Of a stretch of DNA of 15,045 nt, positions 1-8,129 are shown one piece after another. The stretch spans positions 72,314 to 87,358 of the forward strand of contig CP070796.1 in NCBI GenBank assembly GCA_020343475.1. The letters run 5' to 3'. The notes under the pieces are model-generated. The model did not search any database, was not told the origin of the DNA, and was given only the letters and a program-made list of their open reading frames with translations. Positions within the stretch are counted from its first letter, which is position 1. Each line of letters begins with the position of its first letter. The translations under genes were made by a program, and so were the position numbers. The DNA comes from Candidatus Zixiibacteriota bacterium. Its GTDB lineage: Bacteria; Zixibacteria; MSB-5A5; GN15; PGXB01.

Positions 1-671
1 TGGCAGGCAAGGCAATCAAGGATATCGATTTTGCCGAGGCTATCGATATTTCTGACCAGATCATCGCACACCAGATCCCACGGCTTTAAGACCGGAAAGC
101 ACTCGAATTCCTCCTCGATATTATCCTCGGAAAAGGGGATCGCCTTGAGGTATTCAGCTCGCATCCCTATTGTATATGGCAGGTTTTCATATTGAATTCC
201 TGCTGCCTGAGTCTGCACATAGGGCGCAAGGCTGATATCGGTTCGTTTCTCCTGGACCGTCGGCGTTTCGCTGGTGCCACCGTATAAACCGCCATATCCA
301 CCGTACGAATCGTTTTCGCTGATGGCCTGGCGCTCGATGACCTTGTTGCGTTTCTTAAGTACCACGGCGTCGATTTTCCAGTACGGGTAATAGACAAAGC
401 GGTACTGAATATCTGAACCAGTCAACGGCTGGGAATGCTGTTTGAGGTGCCGGTCCAGCAAAAAGCGGATTTCACGTTTTGCTTTTCGGGGACGGATCAA
501 ATATGCCGGCGGGATATCGGGCATTGTTATCCGCAGCACCGATCCGCAGTGCTCGCATTCGAGGACAAAAAAATCCTGGTCCAGTTCGAGTCGGCCGCCG
601 CAGCCGGGACACCCGACTTCGATAAAGAATCCCGATTTATCCCTGTTTGTCTCTATCGTCGGGTTTTTCAT
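1..671 (-). CDS. Hypothetical protein with an N-terminal CxxC-x17-CxxC zinc ribbon. It is partial: the C-terminus lies beyond the window start. It is absent from the supplied ORF track because there is no in-window stop.
   Basis: I translated the reverse strand by hand from the ATG at 671 (frame top positions = 2 mod 3). The reading frame is open for 223 codons to position 3 and begins [45 protein letters not shown] purine-rich AAGAGAG lies 5-11 nt upstream. The start overlaps the stop of the upstream SPFH gene (637-639) by 35 nt. The composition is protein-like and a Gly/Tyr-rich segment (GYGGLYGG) is present. Confidence 0.55.
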   Translation of the reverse strand, partial: MKNPTIETNRDKSGFFIEVGCPGCGGRLELDQDFFVLECEHCGSVLRITMPDIPPAYLIRPRKAKREIRFLLDRHLKQHSQPLTGSDIQYRFVYYPYWKIDAVVLKKRNKVIERQAISENDSYGGYGGLYGGTSETPTVQEKRTDISLAPYVQTQAAGIQYENLPYTIGMRAEYLKAIPFSEDNIEEEFECFPVLKPWDLVCDDLVRNIDSLGKIDILDCLAC

Positions 672-1779
672 TTACTCTCTTGCCGCATTCGCCGCAGAAC
701 TTCGAACCCGGGATCAGTTCCGCCGAGCAGTGCGGGCAGGTCATCTTGGCGTTAAGCTGGTGGCCGCATTTAAGGCAGAATTTCGCCTCGGTCGGCAGTT
801 CCTGGCCGCAGGAGGGACATTCGTTCTGCTTGACCATCATGTTTCCACAGCGGTAACAGTAGCGCGACTGTTCCGGTGTGTCGGCATGACATTTCGGGCA
901 GGTGACGGTGGCCACCGGTTCGCGGCGCAGGTCGGTTTGCTCCGGCTTGAAAACATTGGCCATGACACCCGGAAGCATCAATCCAACCCCGGCCGCCATA
1001 CCCATCCCGGCGCCAGTCCCGGCCGGGCCGCCGGGCGCGCCAAGCCCACGGGCCATCTCGAATTTCAAAAACCGGTCGAGATCACCGACAGCTTCCATAC
1101 CGGAACGCTGATCGATCAGTTTCGAGACATCTTCCGGAGGGGTAATGGATGAAATATAAAAATCAACCAGTTCCAGACCGTATTTCTCAAATTCGCTGCG
1201 GACAATTTCTTTAAAATCCTCGGCCAGCTCGGTATAGATTGCCGGTAATTCAAGAATGGTGTCCAGTTTCTCGCCCAGCAGGTCGTTCATGCGGGCGATG
1301 ATGACATCACGGAGATAACTCTGAATGTCGTTGGTGGTGTAGCGCGACTGCCGCCCGACAATGGAGTTGAGAAAGAGAATCGGGTTTTCGATCCTGAAGG
1401 TGAATGCCCCGTGGCCGCGCAGGCGGATCAGTCCCAGCTTGCTGTCCTGAAAAGTCACCGGATGCTTGGTGCCCCATTTCAGGTCGGTGAAAACCTTCAG
1501 ATTGACAAAATACACCTCCGCCCGAAACGGCGAATTGAAGCCAAACGGAAACGCTGCCAGACGTGTCAGGATCGGCAGGTTCATGGTTGTGAGAGTATGT
1601 CGTCCGGTGGTGAACGTATCGGCGGCATGGCCGCTCTTGAAAAAGATCGCGGTCTGGCTGTCGCGGACAATTAATTGCGCCCCAATTTTAAAATCGGCGG
1701 ATCCTTCCTGTGGTATCCGGTAAATCATTTCATCACCGGATGGATCCATCCATTCGATTACCTCAATAAGAATTGACAT
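637..1779 (-). CDS. SPFH/band-7 (stomatin/prohibitin/flotillin-like, COG4260/YdjI-like) protein with a C-terminal triple zinc-ribbon tail
   Basis: 380-aa ORF. The N-terminal approximately 270 aa resemble the band-7/SPFH family (start [20 protein letters not shown], typical of this family). A Gly/Ala/Met-rich linker follows. Three consecutive CxxC-x(9-12)-CxxC zinc-ribbon motifs close the protein (CPKC..CYRC, CPSC..CLKC, CPHC..CGEC). Confidence 0.85.
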   Translation of the reverse strand: MSILIEVIEWMDPSGDEMIYRIPQEGSADFKIGAQLIVRDSQTAIFFKSGHAADTFTTGRHTLTTMNLPILTRLAAFPFGFNSPFRAEVYFVNLKVFTDLKWGTKHPVTFQDSKLGLIRLRGHGAFTFRIENPILFLNSIVGRQSRYTTNDIQSYLRDVIIARMNDLLGEKLDTILELPAIYTELAEDFKEIVRSEFEKYGLELVDFYISSITPPEDVSKLIDQRSGMEAVGDLDRFLKFEMARGLGAPGGPAGTGAGMGMAAGVGLMLPGVMANVFKPEQTDLRREPVATVTCPKCHADTPEQSRYCYRCGNMMVKQNECPSCGQELPTEAKFCLKCGHQLNAKMTCPHCSAELIPGSKFCGECGKRVNEKPDDRDKQG

Positions 1780-1925
1780 ATCCTGCCCTGGACCTTCCCT
1801 GAATTGTGATGTGATGATCGTTTACTACAGTTTTCGACACATCTTACCCATCCTTGAATGTTATGGTATTTCCATATCTGGCAACAGGATACGTCTCAAA
1901 ATATATGGACTTTTGACGGAGAATG

Positions 1926-1986
1926 GCTGCAAAATGCTTGCAGCGAAAAACAAAAGCCTTGACGTATTGACCAATGGGTCTATATT
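1926..1986 (+). promoter_or_regulatory. Perfect 7-bp-arm palindrome GCTGCAAAATGCTTGCAGC, followed immediately by a sigma70-like promoter motif (TTGACG-N16-TATATT)
   Basis: Palindrome at 1926-1944. TTGACG at 1959-1964 and TATATT at 1981-1986 with a 16-nt spacer. It lies in the 719-bp divergent intergenic region, about 510 nt upstream of the next plus-strand start codon. Confidence 0.3.
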
Positions 1987-2450
1987 GATATTAGGTAGAG
2001 GAGCTAATTACACGGAGCGGAACGGCTTATTACCCGCCTGTTACTGTTCCAGCCATACGATTGGGCTAACCCTGATTATAAAATTAATTTCGGGCACTGC
2101 GGGCAATTACAACAGTTTAAGATGAAGGAGAGTTGCCTCGATTTTTCTTTCAGACTGTTTCCCGTCCGGCTATATCTCCGGCGGCAGTCAAAGGATTCTC
2201 CATGCCGGTAATGAATACTTCGGCGGAGACCGATAAATTTTGATATGATGAACACCTAAATATATAGGGCAAAATACCCGATTCTAAGAAACATAAAGCG
2301 ATTCATAGCGTATTTTTTGGAGAAAGAGAAACTGATTCAAACCAACCGCGAACATCACCCCCACTGCAAACCCTTTCTGACCGTATAAAAACAGGAGGAG
2401 GAAAGAGCAGGATACGACTTGACTGGTTTTGGACAACTTACTGGCCTTAC

Positions 2451-2479
2451 TTGTCTTAGCAAATGCCAGATCTTATATA
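2451..2479 (+). promoter_or_regulatory. Sigma70-like promoter for the 2499 gene (TTGTCT-N17-TATATA), with RBS GGAG 7 nt before the ATG
   Basis: TTGTCT at 2451-2456, TATATA at 2474-2479, GGAG at 2488-2491 and ATG at 2499. Confidence 0.35.
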
Positions 2480-2498
2480 TCAAACAATGGAGTGAAAC

Positions 2499-4805
2499 AT
2501 GAAGAACACCAATCGACTAGCATGGGTAGCAATTGTGAGCATGCTTTTGCTGGCCGTGGCGGTCAGTGCCGGGACGCTTAAGACCAAGAGCAAGAAAATT
2601 GACGCTCCGCGGCTTACAGTCTCCGCGCTTAGCGATAAGACACTGCCACAGTATGTTCCGGCGGTATCCGCGGAAAAGCAATTCTTTGGTCCCAAGCAAG
2701 GCGGTGAGGACATAAGCACGGCGACCCCAATTCCGGGTCTGCCCTATGCGGATAATGGAACCACCGCAGGTGCCGCTGACGACTACGACCCCACTTTATC
2801 CGGCTACTGTTCCGCACCGACGGATGCCCCGGATGTGGTTTACTCATATACCCCCGCGGCTGGCGAGCTTATCAGCGTTACCAGCTGTAATTCCGCCTAC
2901 TGGACGCGACTGCTGATATACGAAAATGACAGCCTCAATCTGGTGGCCTGTAACCAGTACAGCGATAGTTGCGCCGATCCCTTTCATGCCGCCATTTTTG
3001 ACCAGATTGTCGTTCCTCCGAACACCTACTATATAGTAGTGGATGGTGGCCCTTCCGGCGGTGATCGCTTCGGCGAATATGAAATCCAGGTGACATCAAA
3101 GCCGCCGGTGGATACGCTGCGTATTCATCCCACATTGGGTGATGCCACTACCGATAATCTGATGCTGTCCTACCGCATCGAAGATTACGATTCGATAATC
3201 ATCTGGTCTTCCTCGGCCGACGACGGCGGCAGTTTCGGCAACAGTGTTTACTGGAGTTTGACTCCCGGCTGCGGGGATTATCCTTCTCTGGAATCCTGGG
3301 GGAACGGCTCGACCTTCCAAGGTACATACAGAATCCAGCCGGAATATGAAAATGGCGCGGTCATACCATGGATAGAGATCCTGAATTCAGCCGACAATGG
3401 TACGTGGTCGCACTGGTCCTGGAATTTCAAAGATCCCGGCGGATTCGATCTCCATGATATCATGGCGATTGATATCGCCGCCTGCAACAATTTGGAACCC
3501 TGGAAGTTTGGTTTTCTCTCGCTGGTTGCGAGCCTGAATTATTACGGCAGTCCTTACAATGATATTGAATTTATATTCTATCAGACCAGCGAGGATGGTT
3601 TTGCCACCATAAGCGCCTATGGTCTTGAAGGCTGTAATACCACCGCAAATGCCATTGACTCCGTTTCGAATAAGGCCTACGCCGCGTGGGACTTCTATGA
3701 CACCGATTCAAGCCGCTGGGCAATTGCCGTTCGCCAGGAAAGCTATGATAATTTCGATGACACTATTACTGCTTTCCCCGGCCTATATGGATTCTATGGC
3801 GGGACCGGGAATCTCCAGTATCAGGATATCGTGGCTTATGACAGCAATGTCCTGATTGTCTCGGAGTATTACGAGGATGGCACGCCCGACAATAAGGATC
3901 TTGTCTGTTCCTACGTCAACGACGCCGACTTCGGCATCGGCGAGGTCAGCTCCGTAACGATAGTGGAAACTGCGGATGCGGAGAGATTCCCGCGAATAAT
4001 TCATGTTGTTGATTCTTCATTCCTGGTGATCTTTGTTCGCAACGACTCCCTGTTTAAGGTCCTCACTGAGAACAACGGTGCCACCTGGGGCGTGCCTGAG
4101 TACGTAAGCATCGACGGTGATCTGGTTGTATCAGAGTACCGCACCGCCCATGTCTCCGAATCCGACGGTTATACCGCCAAGATTGTCTATTCATATTATG
4201 AGGGTGGAGGCAAGGCATACGACGGCCCGGTGTTTGTGCGACTTATAGAAACCTCCATTTATGAGTTTACTGACACCGATGGTGATGGTATTCAGGACAG
4301 TGAGGATAACTGCCCGAATGACTATAATCCGGAACAGACTGACCTCGACGAAGACGGACACGGTACCGAGTGCGATAATTGCCCGAACTTCTGGAATGAA
4401 GATCAGGCTGATAACGATGAAGATAATGTCGGTAACGTCTGCGATAACTGCATTGATGATCCCAATACCGATCAGTCCGACGTTGACGAGGACGACGTGG
4501 GCGATGTTTGCGACAACTGCCCGGATGTATACAATCCGGGTCAGGAAGACAGCAACGGCAATGACGTCGGTGACGCCTGTGATTATATCTGCGGTGATGC
4601 CAACAAGGACGAAGACATCAACCTGCTGGATATTCTCTACCTGATCGATTTTATCTATGGTAGCCCGACGGGCCCGGAACCTGATCCGTGGGAATCCGGG
4701 GATGTCAATGGTCCTGACGGTGACATCAACCTGCTGGATATTCTCTACCTGATCGATTTCATCTATGGTAGCCCAACGGGCCCGGATCCGGACTGCACTC
4801 CGTAG
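2499..4805 (+). CDS. Secreted multidomain protein: signal peptide, PPC-like jelly-roll, BNR/sialidase-like region, five thrombospondin type 3 (TSP3) calcium-binding repeats, and a C-terminal dockerin-like module
   Basis: 768-aa ORF. Signal peptide MKNTNRLAWVAIVSMLLLAVAVSA. PPC-like motif TYYIVVDGGPSGGDRFGEYEIQVT. BNR-like ENNGATWG. TSP3 repeats of the form DxDxDGxxDxxDNCPxxxNxxQxDxDxDGxGDxCD. The protein ends in two dockerin loop-helix repeats. Confidence 0.9.
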   Translation: MKNTNRLAWVAIVSMLLLAVAVSAGTLKTKSKKIDAPRLTVSALSDKTLPQYVPAVSAEKQFFGPKQGGEDISTATPIPGLPYADNGTTAGAADDYDPTLSGYCSAPTDAPDVVYSYTPAAGELISVTSCNSAYWTRLLIYENDSLNLVACNQYSDSCADPFHAAIFDQIVVPPNTYYIVVDGGPSGGDRFGEYEIQVTSKPPVDTLRIHPTLGDATTDNLMLSYRIEDYDSIIIWSSSADDGGSFGNSVYWSLTPGCGDYPSLESWGNGSTFQGTYRIQPEYENGAVIPWIEILNSADNGTWSHWSWNFKDPGGFDLHDIMAIDIAACNNLEPWKFGFLSLVASLNYYGSPYNDIEFIFYQTSEDGFATISAYGLEGCNTTANAIDSVSNKAYAAWDFYDTDSSRWAIAVRQESYDNFDDTITAFPGLYGFYGGTGNLQYQDIVAYDSNVLIVSEYYEDGTPDNKDLVCSYVNDADFGIGEVSSVTIVETADAERFPRIIHVVDSSFLVIFVRNDSLFKVLTENNGATWGVPEYVSIDGDLVVSEYRTAHVSESDGYTAKIVYSYYEGGGKAYDGPVFVRLIETSIYEFTDTDGDGIQDSEDNCPNDYNPEQTDLDEDGHGTECDNCPNFWNEDQADNDEDNVGNVCDNCIDDPNTDQSDVDEDDVGDVCDNCPDVYNPGQEDSNGNDVGDACDYICGDANKDEDINLLDILYLIDFIYGSPTGPEPDPWESGDVNGPDGDINLLDILYLIDFIYGSPTGPDPDCTP
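4272..4589 (+). other. Thrombospondin type 3 calcium-binding repeat array (about five repeats) inside the 2499-4805 CDS
   Basis: Asp-rich repeats DTDGDGIQDSEDNCPNDYNPEQTDLDEDGHGTECDNCPN... with a conserved DNCP/CDNC periodicity. Confidence 0.8.
4590..4802 (+). other. C-terminal dockerin-like module, copy 1 of 3 in this window: two 12-residue calcium-binding loops each followed by a LLDILYLIDFIYG helix, bracketed by Cys
   Basis: CGDANKDEDINLLDILYLIDFIYGSPTGPEPDPWESGDVNGPDGDINLLDILYLIDFIYGSPTGPDPDCTP. The loops fit D-x-[DN]-x-[DS]-x-x-x-[DN]-x-x-D of type I dockerin and EF-hand-like F-hand motifs. Confidence 0.8.
4614..4786 (+). repeat. Tandem direct repeat: two 65-bp copies (4614-4678 and 4722-4786) with 2 mismatches and a 108-bp period, encoding the two dockerin half-sites
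   Basis: gacatcaacctgctggatattctctacctgatcgatttYatctatggtagcccRacgggcccgga occurs twice. The remaining 43 bp of each unit have diverged. Confidence 0.9.
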
Positions 4806-4828
4806 ATCAAACCGCCTGAACAAAAAGA

Positions 4829-4861
4829 GAGGGACAGCCTATTTAGGCTGTCCCTTTTTTT
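4829..4861. terminator. Bidirectional rho-independent terminator between convergent genes
   Basis: AGGGACAGCC-tattt-AGGCTGTCCCT hairpin with a 10-11 bp GC-rich stem, followed by TTTTTTTG on the plus strand and flanked by CTCTTTTTG on the minus-strand side. Confidence 0.7.
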
Positions 4862-4898
4862 GTCTCCCGTACGGAAGCATCCTTCAAACGGGAATCTC

Positions 4899-6119
4899 TT
4901 AGAATTTCAATATGAATGAGGTCTGGGTGCGCAGGTTGTCGACCGCTTCACCGTCTTTATAGTCGGTTTTCCAGCGGGCGATTTCCACGCCGATAATGGC
5001 CTGCGAAATGATTGAATACTGAATATTACCGAAGACCGCTCGATTCTGAGAACGATCGCCGCTTGACAGATCCTCGTCATTGGGATTATCGTAGCCGAAT
5101 CCGGCGACAAGTTTGATCTTGGGGGACGGTTTCACCCAGGCGCTGGTCCAGCCGCCGAACGACTCCAGGCCGTCGACCAGGCTGTTGTTGGCAATAGCGC
5201 CGAGATAATTGCCGAGGTTGGAACCACTGTATACCTCACCCGAGAAGCCGTAATCGGAAGCGAATGAGAGCGCAAAATGCCCGGCAATCCCCCAGCTTTC
5301 GTACCTTTCGGATTTTCCCAGGTTGGTTTCGGCCTTAAGCTGGCCCCACAGACCGGAAATGCCGGCGCGAATAGAGTTGCCGCCCGGCAAGTCGTGCGTG
5401 ACGTCGATTCTGCTCTGGAAGGAAGGAATTCCGGCGTCAGTACCGTCGTCGGAACCATCGTTTTCCTCGCCCAGCGCCAGGGTGATGGTGGGCGTGAGAT
5501 CAGAACCGATTGTCCGGAAGAAACCGCCGGCCAGCGTAATATCGGTCTGCTCGTTCGGTGCAACCGTATAGGAAAGGCTGACCTGCGGACGGCGATAGCC
5601 TATATTACCGCATGACCAGAGCATCGAGTAATTCAGCGTCGACGGATCAAGCGGAGAGATCAGGTCAGATGTCTGCCCGGCCAGAACCGAAAAATTGCCA
5701 TTGCTTATTGAGAAGTACGCATGCCGCAATTGCAGCGTGGCTGTATTGTCGGCAACGGCTGCCCCGGTAGCTCCGGCATACAAATCCATCTCCAGTCTAC
5801 CGAATACCTCAATGGCTGAATATCCGGTTCCTTCTGCGGTGAAACCGAACCGGGATTGATTTGCGGTCATATTAAACTGCTCATCATCACTTTCATATGA
5901 TTTCGGTTCAACCCACATGATGGAATTACCATGACTGGTCAGGTTCTGATCGATAGCACCATCCAGTTTGAAATAACCGTACGGTTTGATGCTAATCGAC
6001 TGCTTATTATCGCCGTAAGCGGCAGCCGAGATCAGGAAGCACAGGCAAATAGATACCGCAACAAGGGTAAGTATTCTTCCCGTGCATGACCGTGAAGCAT
6101 TTGTGAGAGCTTTTTTCAT
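4899..6119 (-). CDS. Outer-membrane beta-barrel (porin-like) protein with signal peptide and C-terminal Phe
   Basis: The ORF in the track extends to 6245, but the likely start is the ATG at 6119 (MKKALTNASRSCTGRILTLVAVSICLCFLISAAAYG), preceded by a strong RBS GGGAGGG 5 nt upstream. The mature protein shows alternating amphipathic beta-strand character, is Gly/Ser/Asn/Tyr-rich, and ends ...TQTSFILKF. Confidence 0.8.
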   Translation of the reverse strand: MKKALTNASRSCTGRILTLVAVSICLCFLISAAAYGDNKQSISIKPYGYFKLDGAIDQNLTSHGNSIMWVEPKSYESDDEQFNMTANQSRFGFTAEGTGYSAIEVFGRLEMDLYAGATGAAVADNTATLQLRHAYFSISNGNFSVLAGQTSDLISPLDPSTLNYSMLWSCGNIGYRRPQVSLSYTVAPNEQTDITLAGGFFRTIGSDLTPTITLALGEENDGSDDGTDAGIPSFQSRIDVTHDLPGGNSIRAGISGLWGQLKAETNLGKSERYESWGIAGHFALSFASDYGFSGEVYSGSNLGNYLGAIANNSLVDGLESFGGWTSAWVKPSPKIKLVAGFGYDNPNDEDLSSGDRSQNRAVFGNIQYSIISQAIIGVEIARWKTDYKDGEAVDNLRTQTSFILKF

Positions 6120-6380
6120 AAGCCCTCCCTTTTTGGATGTTGATGTTAGGTGTTCCTTTTTTTCCATGTCTATACATATTATTTCGAACATTTTGCGATG
6201 AAATTGACTAATTTTTGAGATTTTATTGGCACGATCAGGAGGCAATTCAACGGGAGTGCCAATTCGGAGATTATTGGTCGGCTTTCTGTCGATTTCCCTG
6301 AATTTTTCTCGATTGGAGCCGGCAAAATCCCTACCAGTCGCGTCTTCTTTGTATATCCTGTTGCCGGAATAAAAGTTATC

Positions 6381-6408
6381 TTGACAAATGATTTTTTTGG
6401 GCTATTTT
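6381..6408 (+). promoter_or_regulatory. Sigma70-like promoter for the C1 protease gene (TTGACA-N16/17-TATTTT), with RBS AAAGGA 7 nt before the ATG at 6462
   Basis: TTGACA at 6381-6386 and TATTTT at 6403-6408. Confidence 0.35.
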
Positions 6409-6461
6409 GAGTCTAAGGCAGCTTTATTACCCATCACCTTTGGCCAGCAAAGGATACTATC

Positions 6462-7847
6462 ATGCGCGTTGCACCAATTTTTCTTCTCTCTATTCTTGTG
6501 TGTTTATTATCCTCAAGCCCATCTTCAGCCAATGACCGGCTGGAAGAGGAGTTTCAGGAAATTCAAAACAAAATTGAGCGGGAAGGGCTGAACTGGATTG
6601 CCAGGAAAAATCCGATAGTCGAGCAGATGACACCCGAAGAGCGTCAGCGGCTGAACGGCATCCGATTCCCTTCCAACTGGCGTGAAATCTGGGAATCGCA
6701 TCTTCGCGATGATTTTCAGGCGAAGTCAGCCACGGAACTGCCGGCGGCGTTTAACTGGGAGGATTCCGGCATGATTACCTCGGTTAAGAATCAGGGTGGG
6801 TGTGGATCCTGCTGGGATTTTTGTGCCACCGCAGCCTTCGAGGCGATATATAAGATACAGCGGCACAAGGACTTAGATATTTCAGAGCAGCATGTTCTGT
6901 CCTGCGTGTCACCGGGAGACGGCTGCAATGGAGGCTGGATGGATGACGCCTACAGTTATTATAAGTATGTCGGAGGCATTGACGAACAATGCATGCCGTA
7001 TCAGGCCAGCGATGATATTCCCTGCGCCAACGCCCAGGACTGCGACATCCTCGCGACTATTCGTGACTGGCAGGCTATTCCCAACAGCAGGCTGTCCATA
7101 AAAACCGCGGTCATGACTGCCCCGGTGGCGGTCGCTTTCACTGCCTACAACGATCTTTACTGGTATGGCGGGGGGTGTTACTACCATTCCGGCTATGATG
7201 ATGTCAATCATGGGGTTCTGATTGTTGGCTGGGACGATACCATGTGTGATGGCCAGGGTGCCTGGCGGGTTAAAAACAGCTGGGGCTACTGGTGGGGCGA
7301 CAACGGCTACTTCTGGATTCAGTATGATTGCTGCCACTTTGGTGTTGGCGCGGCGCTGCTTGAGATCGATACGACTCTCAATTTCCTGACCCCGCCACAA
7401 TTGCCGGTCGGCAGTATGTGCGCCGAATACAATTTCCAATTCGAGGCAACCGGAGGATTCACTCTCCCTTACAGCTATATCGTTCTCGACGGAAATCTCC
7501 CCCCGGGACTTATACTGGAACCGGACGGGCTTCTCCACGGCTTTTCGGAAAATGGGGGCAATTATGAGTTTACAGTTCGCGTTGCCGATGCTTTCTTTCC
7601 GGCCAGTTATTATTTTGATGACTTTACCTTAAGCGTCGAGGAGGCTCCCGAATGCGATGCCGATTGCAGTGGCGGGTTGAATCTAATCGATATACTTTAC
7701 ATGATTGATTACACATACAATGGGGGTCCGGATCCAATAACCGCCAGAAGTGGAGATTGCGATTGCTCTCGAGGATGCGATCTTCTTGATATTCTCTATC
7801 TGGTTGACTACCTTTATAATGAGGGGCCGGAGCCCTGTACTTATTGA
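6462..7847 (+). CDS. Secreted papain-like (family C1A) cysteine protease with pro-region, an Ig-like domain and a C-terminal dockerin-like module
   Basis: Signal peptide MRVAPIFLLSILVCLLSSSPSSA. Catalytic-Cys motif QGGCGSCWDF (Cys codon 6810-6812). His motif NHGVLIVGWDD (His codon 7209-7211). Asn motif WRVKNSWGYWWGDNGYFWI. C-terminal module (7651-7844) ECDADCSGGLNLIDILYMIDYTYNGGPDPITARSGDCDCSRGCDLLDILYLVDYLYNEGPEPCTY. Confidence 0.9.
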   Translation: MRVAPIFLLSILVCLLSSSPSSANDRLEEEFQEIQNKIEREGLNWIARKNPIVEQMTPEERQRLNGIRFPSNWREIWESHLRDDFQAKSATELPAAFNWEDSGMITSVKNQGGCGSCWDFCATAAFEAIYKIQRHKDLDISEQHVLSCVSPGDGCNGGWMDDAYSYYKYVGGIDEQCMPYQASDDIPCANAQDCDILATIRDWQAIPNSRLSIKTAVMTAPVAVAFTAYNDLYWYGGGCYYHSGYDDVNHGVLIVGWDDTMCDGQGAWRVKNSWGYWWGDNGYFWIQYDCCHFGVGAALLEIDTTLNFLTPPQLPVGSMCAEYNFQFEATGGFTLPYSYIVLDGNLPPGLILEPDGLLHGFSENGGNYEFTVRVADAFFPASYYFDDFTLSVEEAPECDADCSGGLNLIDILYMIDYTYNGGPDPITARSGDCDCSRGCDLLDILYLVDYLYNEGPEPCTY

Positions 7848-8002
7848 TCAGGGCATGGTATTACCTGCCGGGAAAATGCAATAATTGTTTCCCATCATGA
7901 TAAAAAAGATGATAAGGCGCGGCTTTTTCAAAATAACACACTTGGTCCAGCCGGAAGCGGCAGTGGCGCCGGCTATCCGGGGGCGGCGTGAGTGGGGGCG
8001 GA

Positions 8003-8030
8003 GAAATTTCCCTTGTTTCAGAACAAACCG
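8003..8030 (+). promoter_or_regulatory. Sigma70-like promoter for the C25 protease gene (TTGTTT-N16-TATACT)
   Basis: TTGTTT at 8003-8008 and TATACT at 8025-8030. A strong RBS GGAGAGGA at 8123-8130 sits 5 nt before the ATG at 8136. Confidence 0.3.
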
Positions 8031-8129
8031 GCCTTATACTAATTATAGAGGAACGCGGATTCATTCTTTGGTTTTGGCATTGAATCCTAATTGCGGATGT
8101 GAAAATTACGATAAGGTCCATAGGAGAGG

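Noticed and set aside
690-710. tRNA-like T-loop motif ccgGGTTCGAAGTtc on the minus strand
   Set aside because: It sits inside the SPFH coding sequence and lacks the GTTCGAATC consensus, acceptor stem pairing and anticodon arm. No tRNA, rRNA or CRISPR array is present in the window.
442-1152. 236-aa plus-strand ORF, and the 106-aa ORF at 435..755
   Set aside because: They lie entirely antisense to the well-supported SPFH gene and the hidden zinc-ribbon gene. The sequence is Arg/Gly/Ala-rich and low-complexity, typical of an alternate-frame artefact.
1811-2125. 104-aa plus-strand ORF in the long intergenic region
   Set aside because: No RBS, AT-rich low-complexity sequence (Ile/Leu/Asn/Gly runs) and no recognisable domain. 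More likely non-coding.
2193-2234. 13-aa micro-ORF MPVMNTSAETDKF with an AAAGGA RBS
   Set aside because: Too short and unconserved to support. It is mentioned only as a possible leader peptide if the long 5' region is transcribed.
2386-2405. AGGAGGAGGAAAGAGCAGGA as a Shine-Dalgarno sequence for a small gene
   Set aside because: No ATG, GTG or TTG start codon lies within 5-12 nt downstream. It may be part of a structured RNA or simply purine-rich spacer.
4191-4823. 210-aa minus-strand ORF, and the 127-aa plus ORF at 4261..4644
   Set aside because: These are mirror or alternate frames of the Asp-codon-rich TSP3/dockerin repeats. GAT/GAC read antisense gives Ile/Val runs. Spurious.
6119-6245. 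42-codon N-terminal extension of the OMP ORF (MPPDRANKISKISQFHRKMFEIICIDMEKKEH...)
   Set aside because: It has no signal-peptide character. A strong GGGAGGG RBS sits immediately before the internal ATG at 6119, which begins a classical signal peptide, so the extension is probably untranslated leader.
6909-7538. 209-aa minus-strand ORF
   Set aside because: Antisense to the papain-like protease gene, which has unambiguous catalytic motifs. Spurious.
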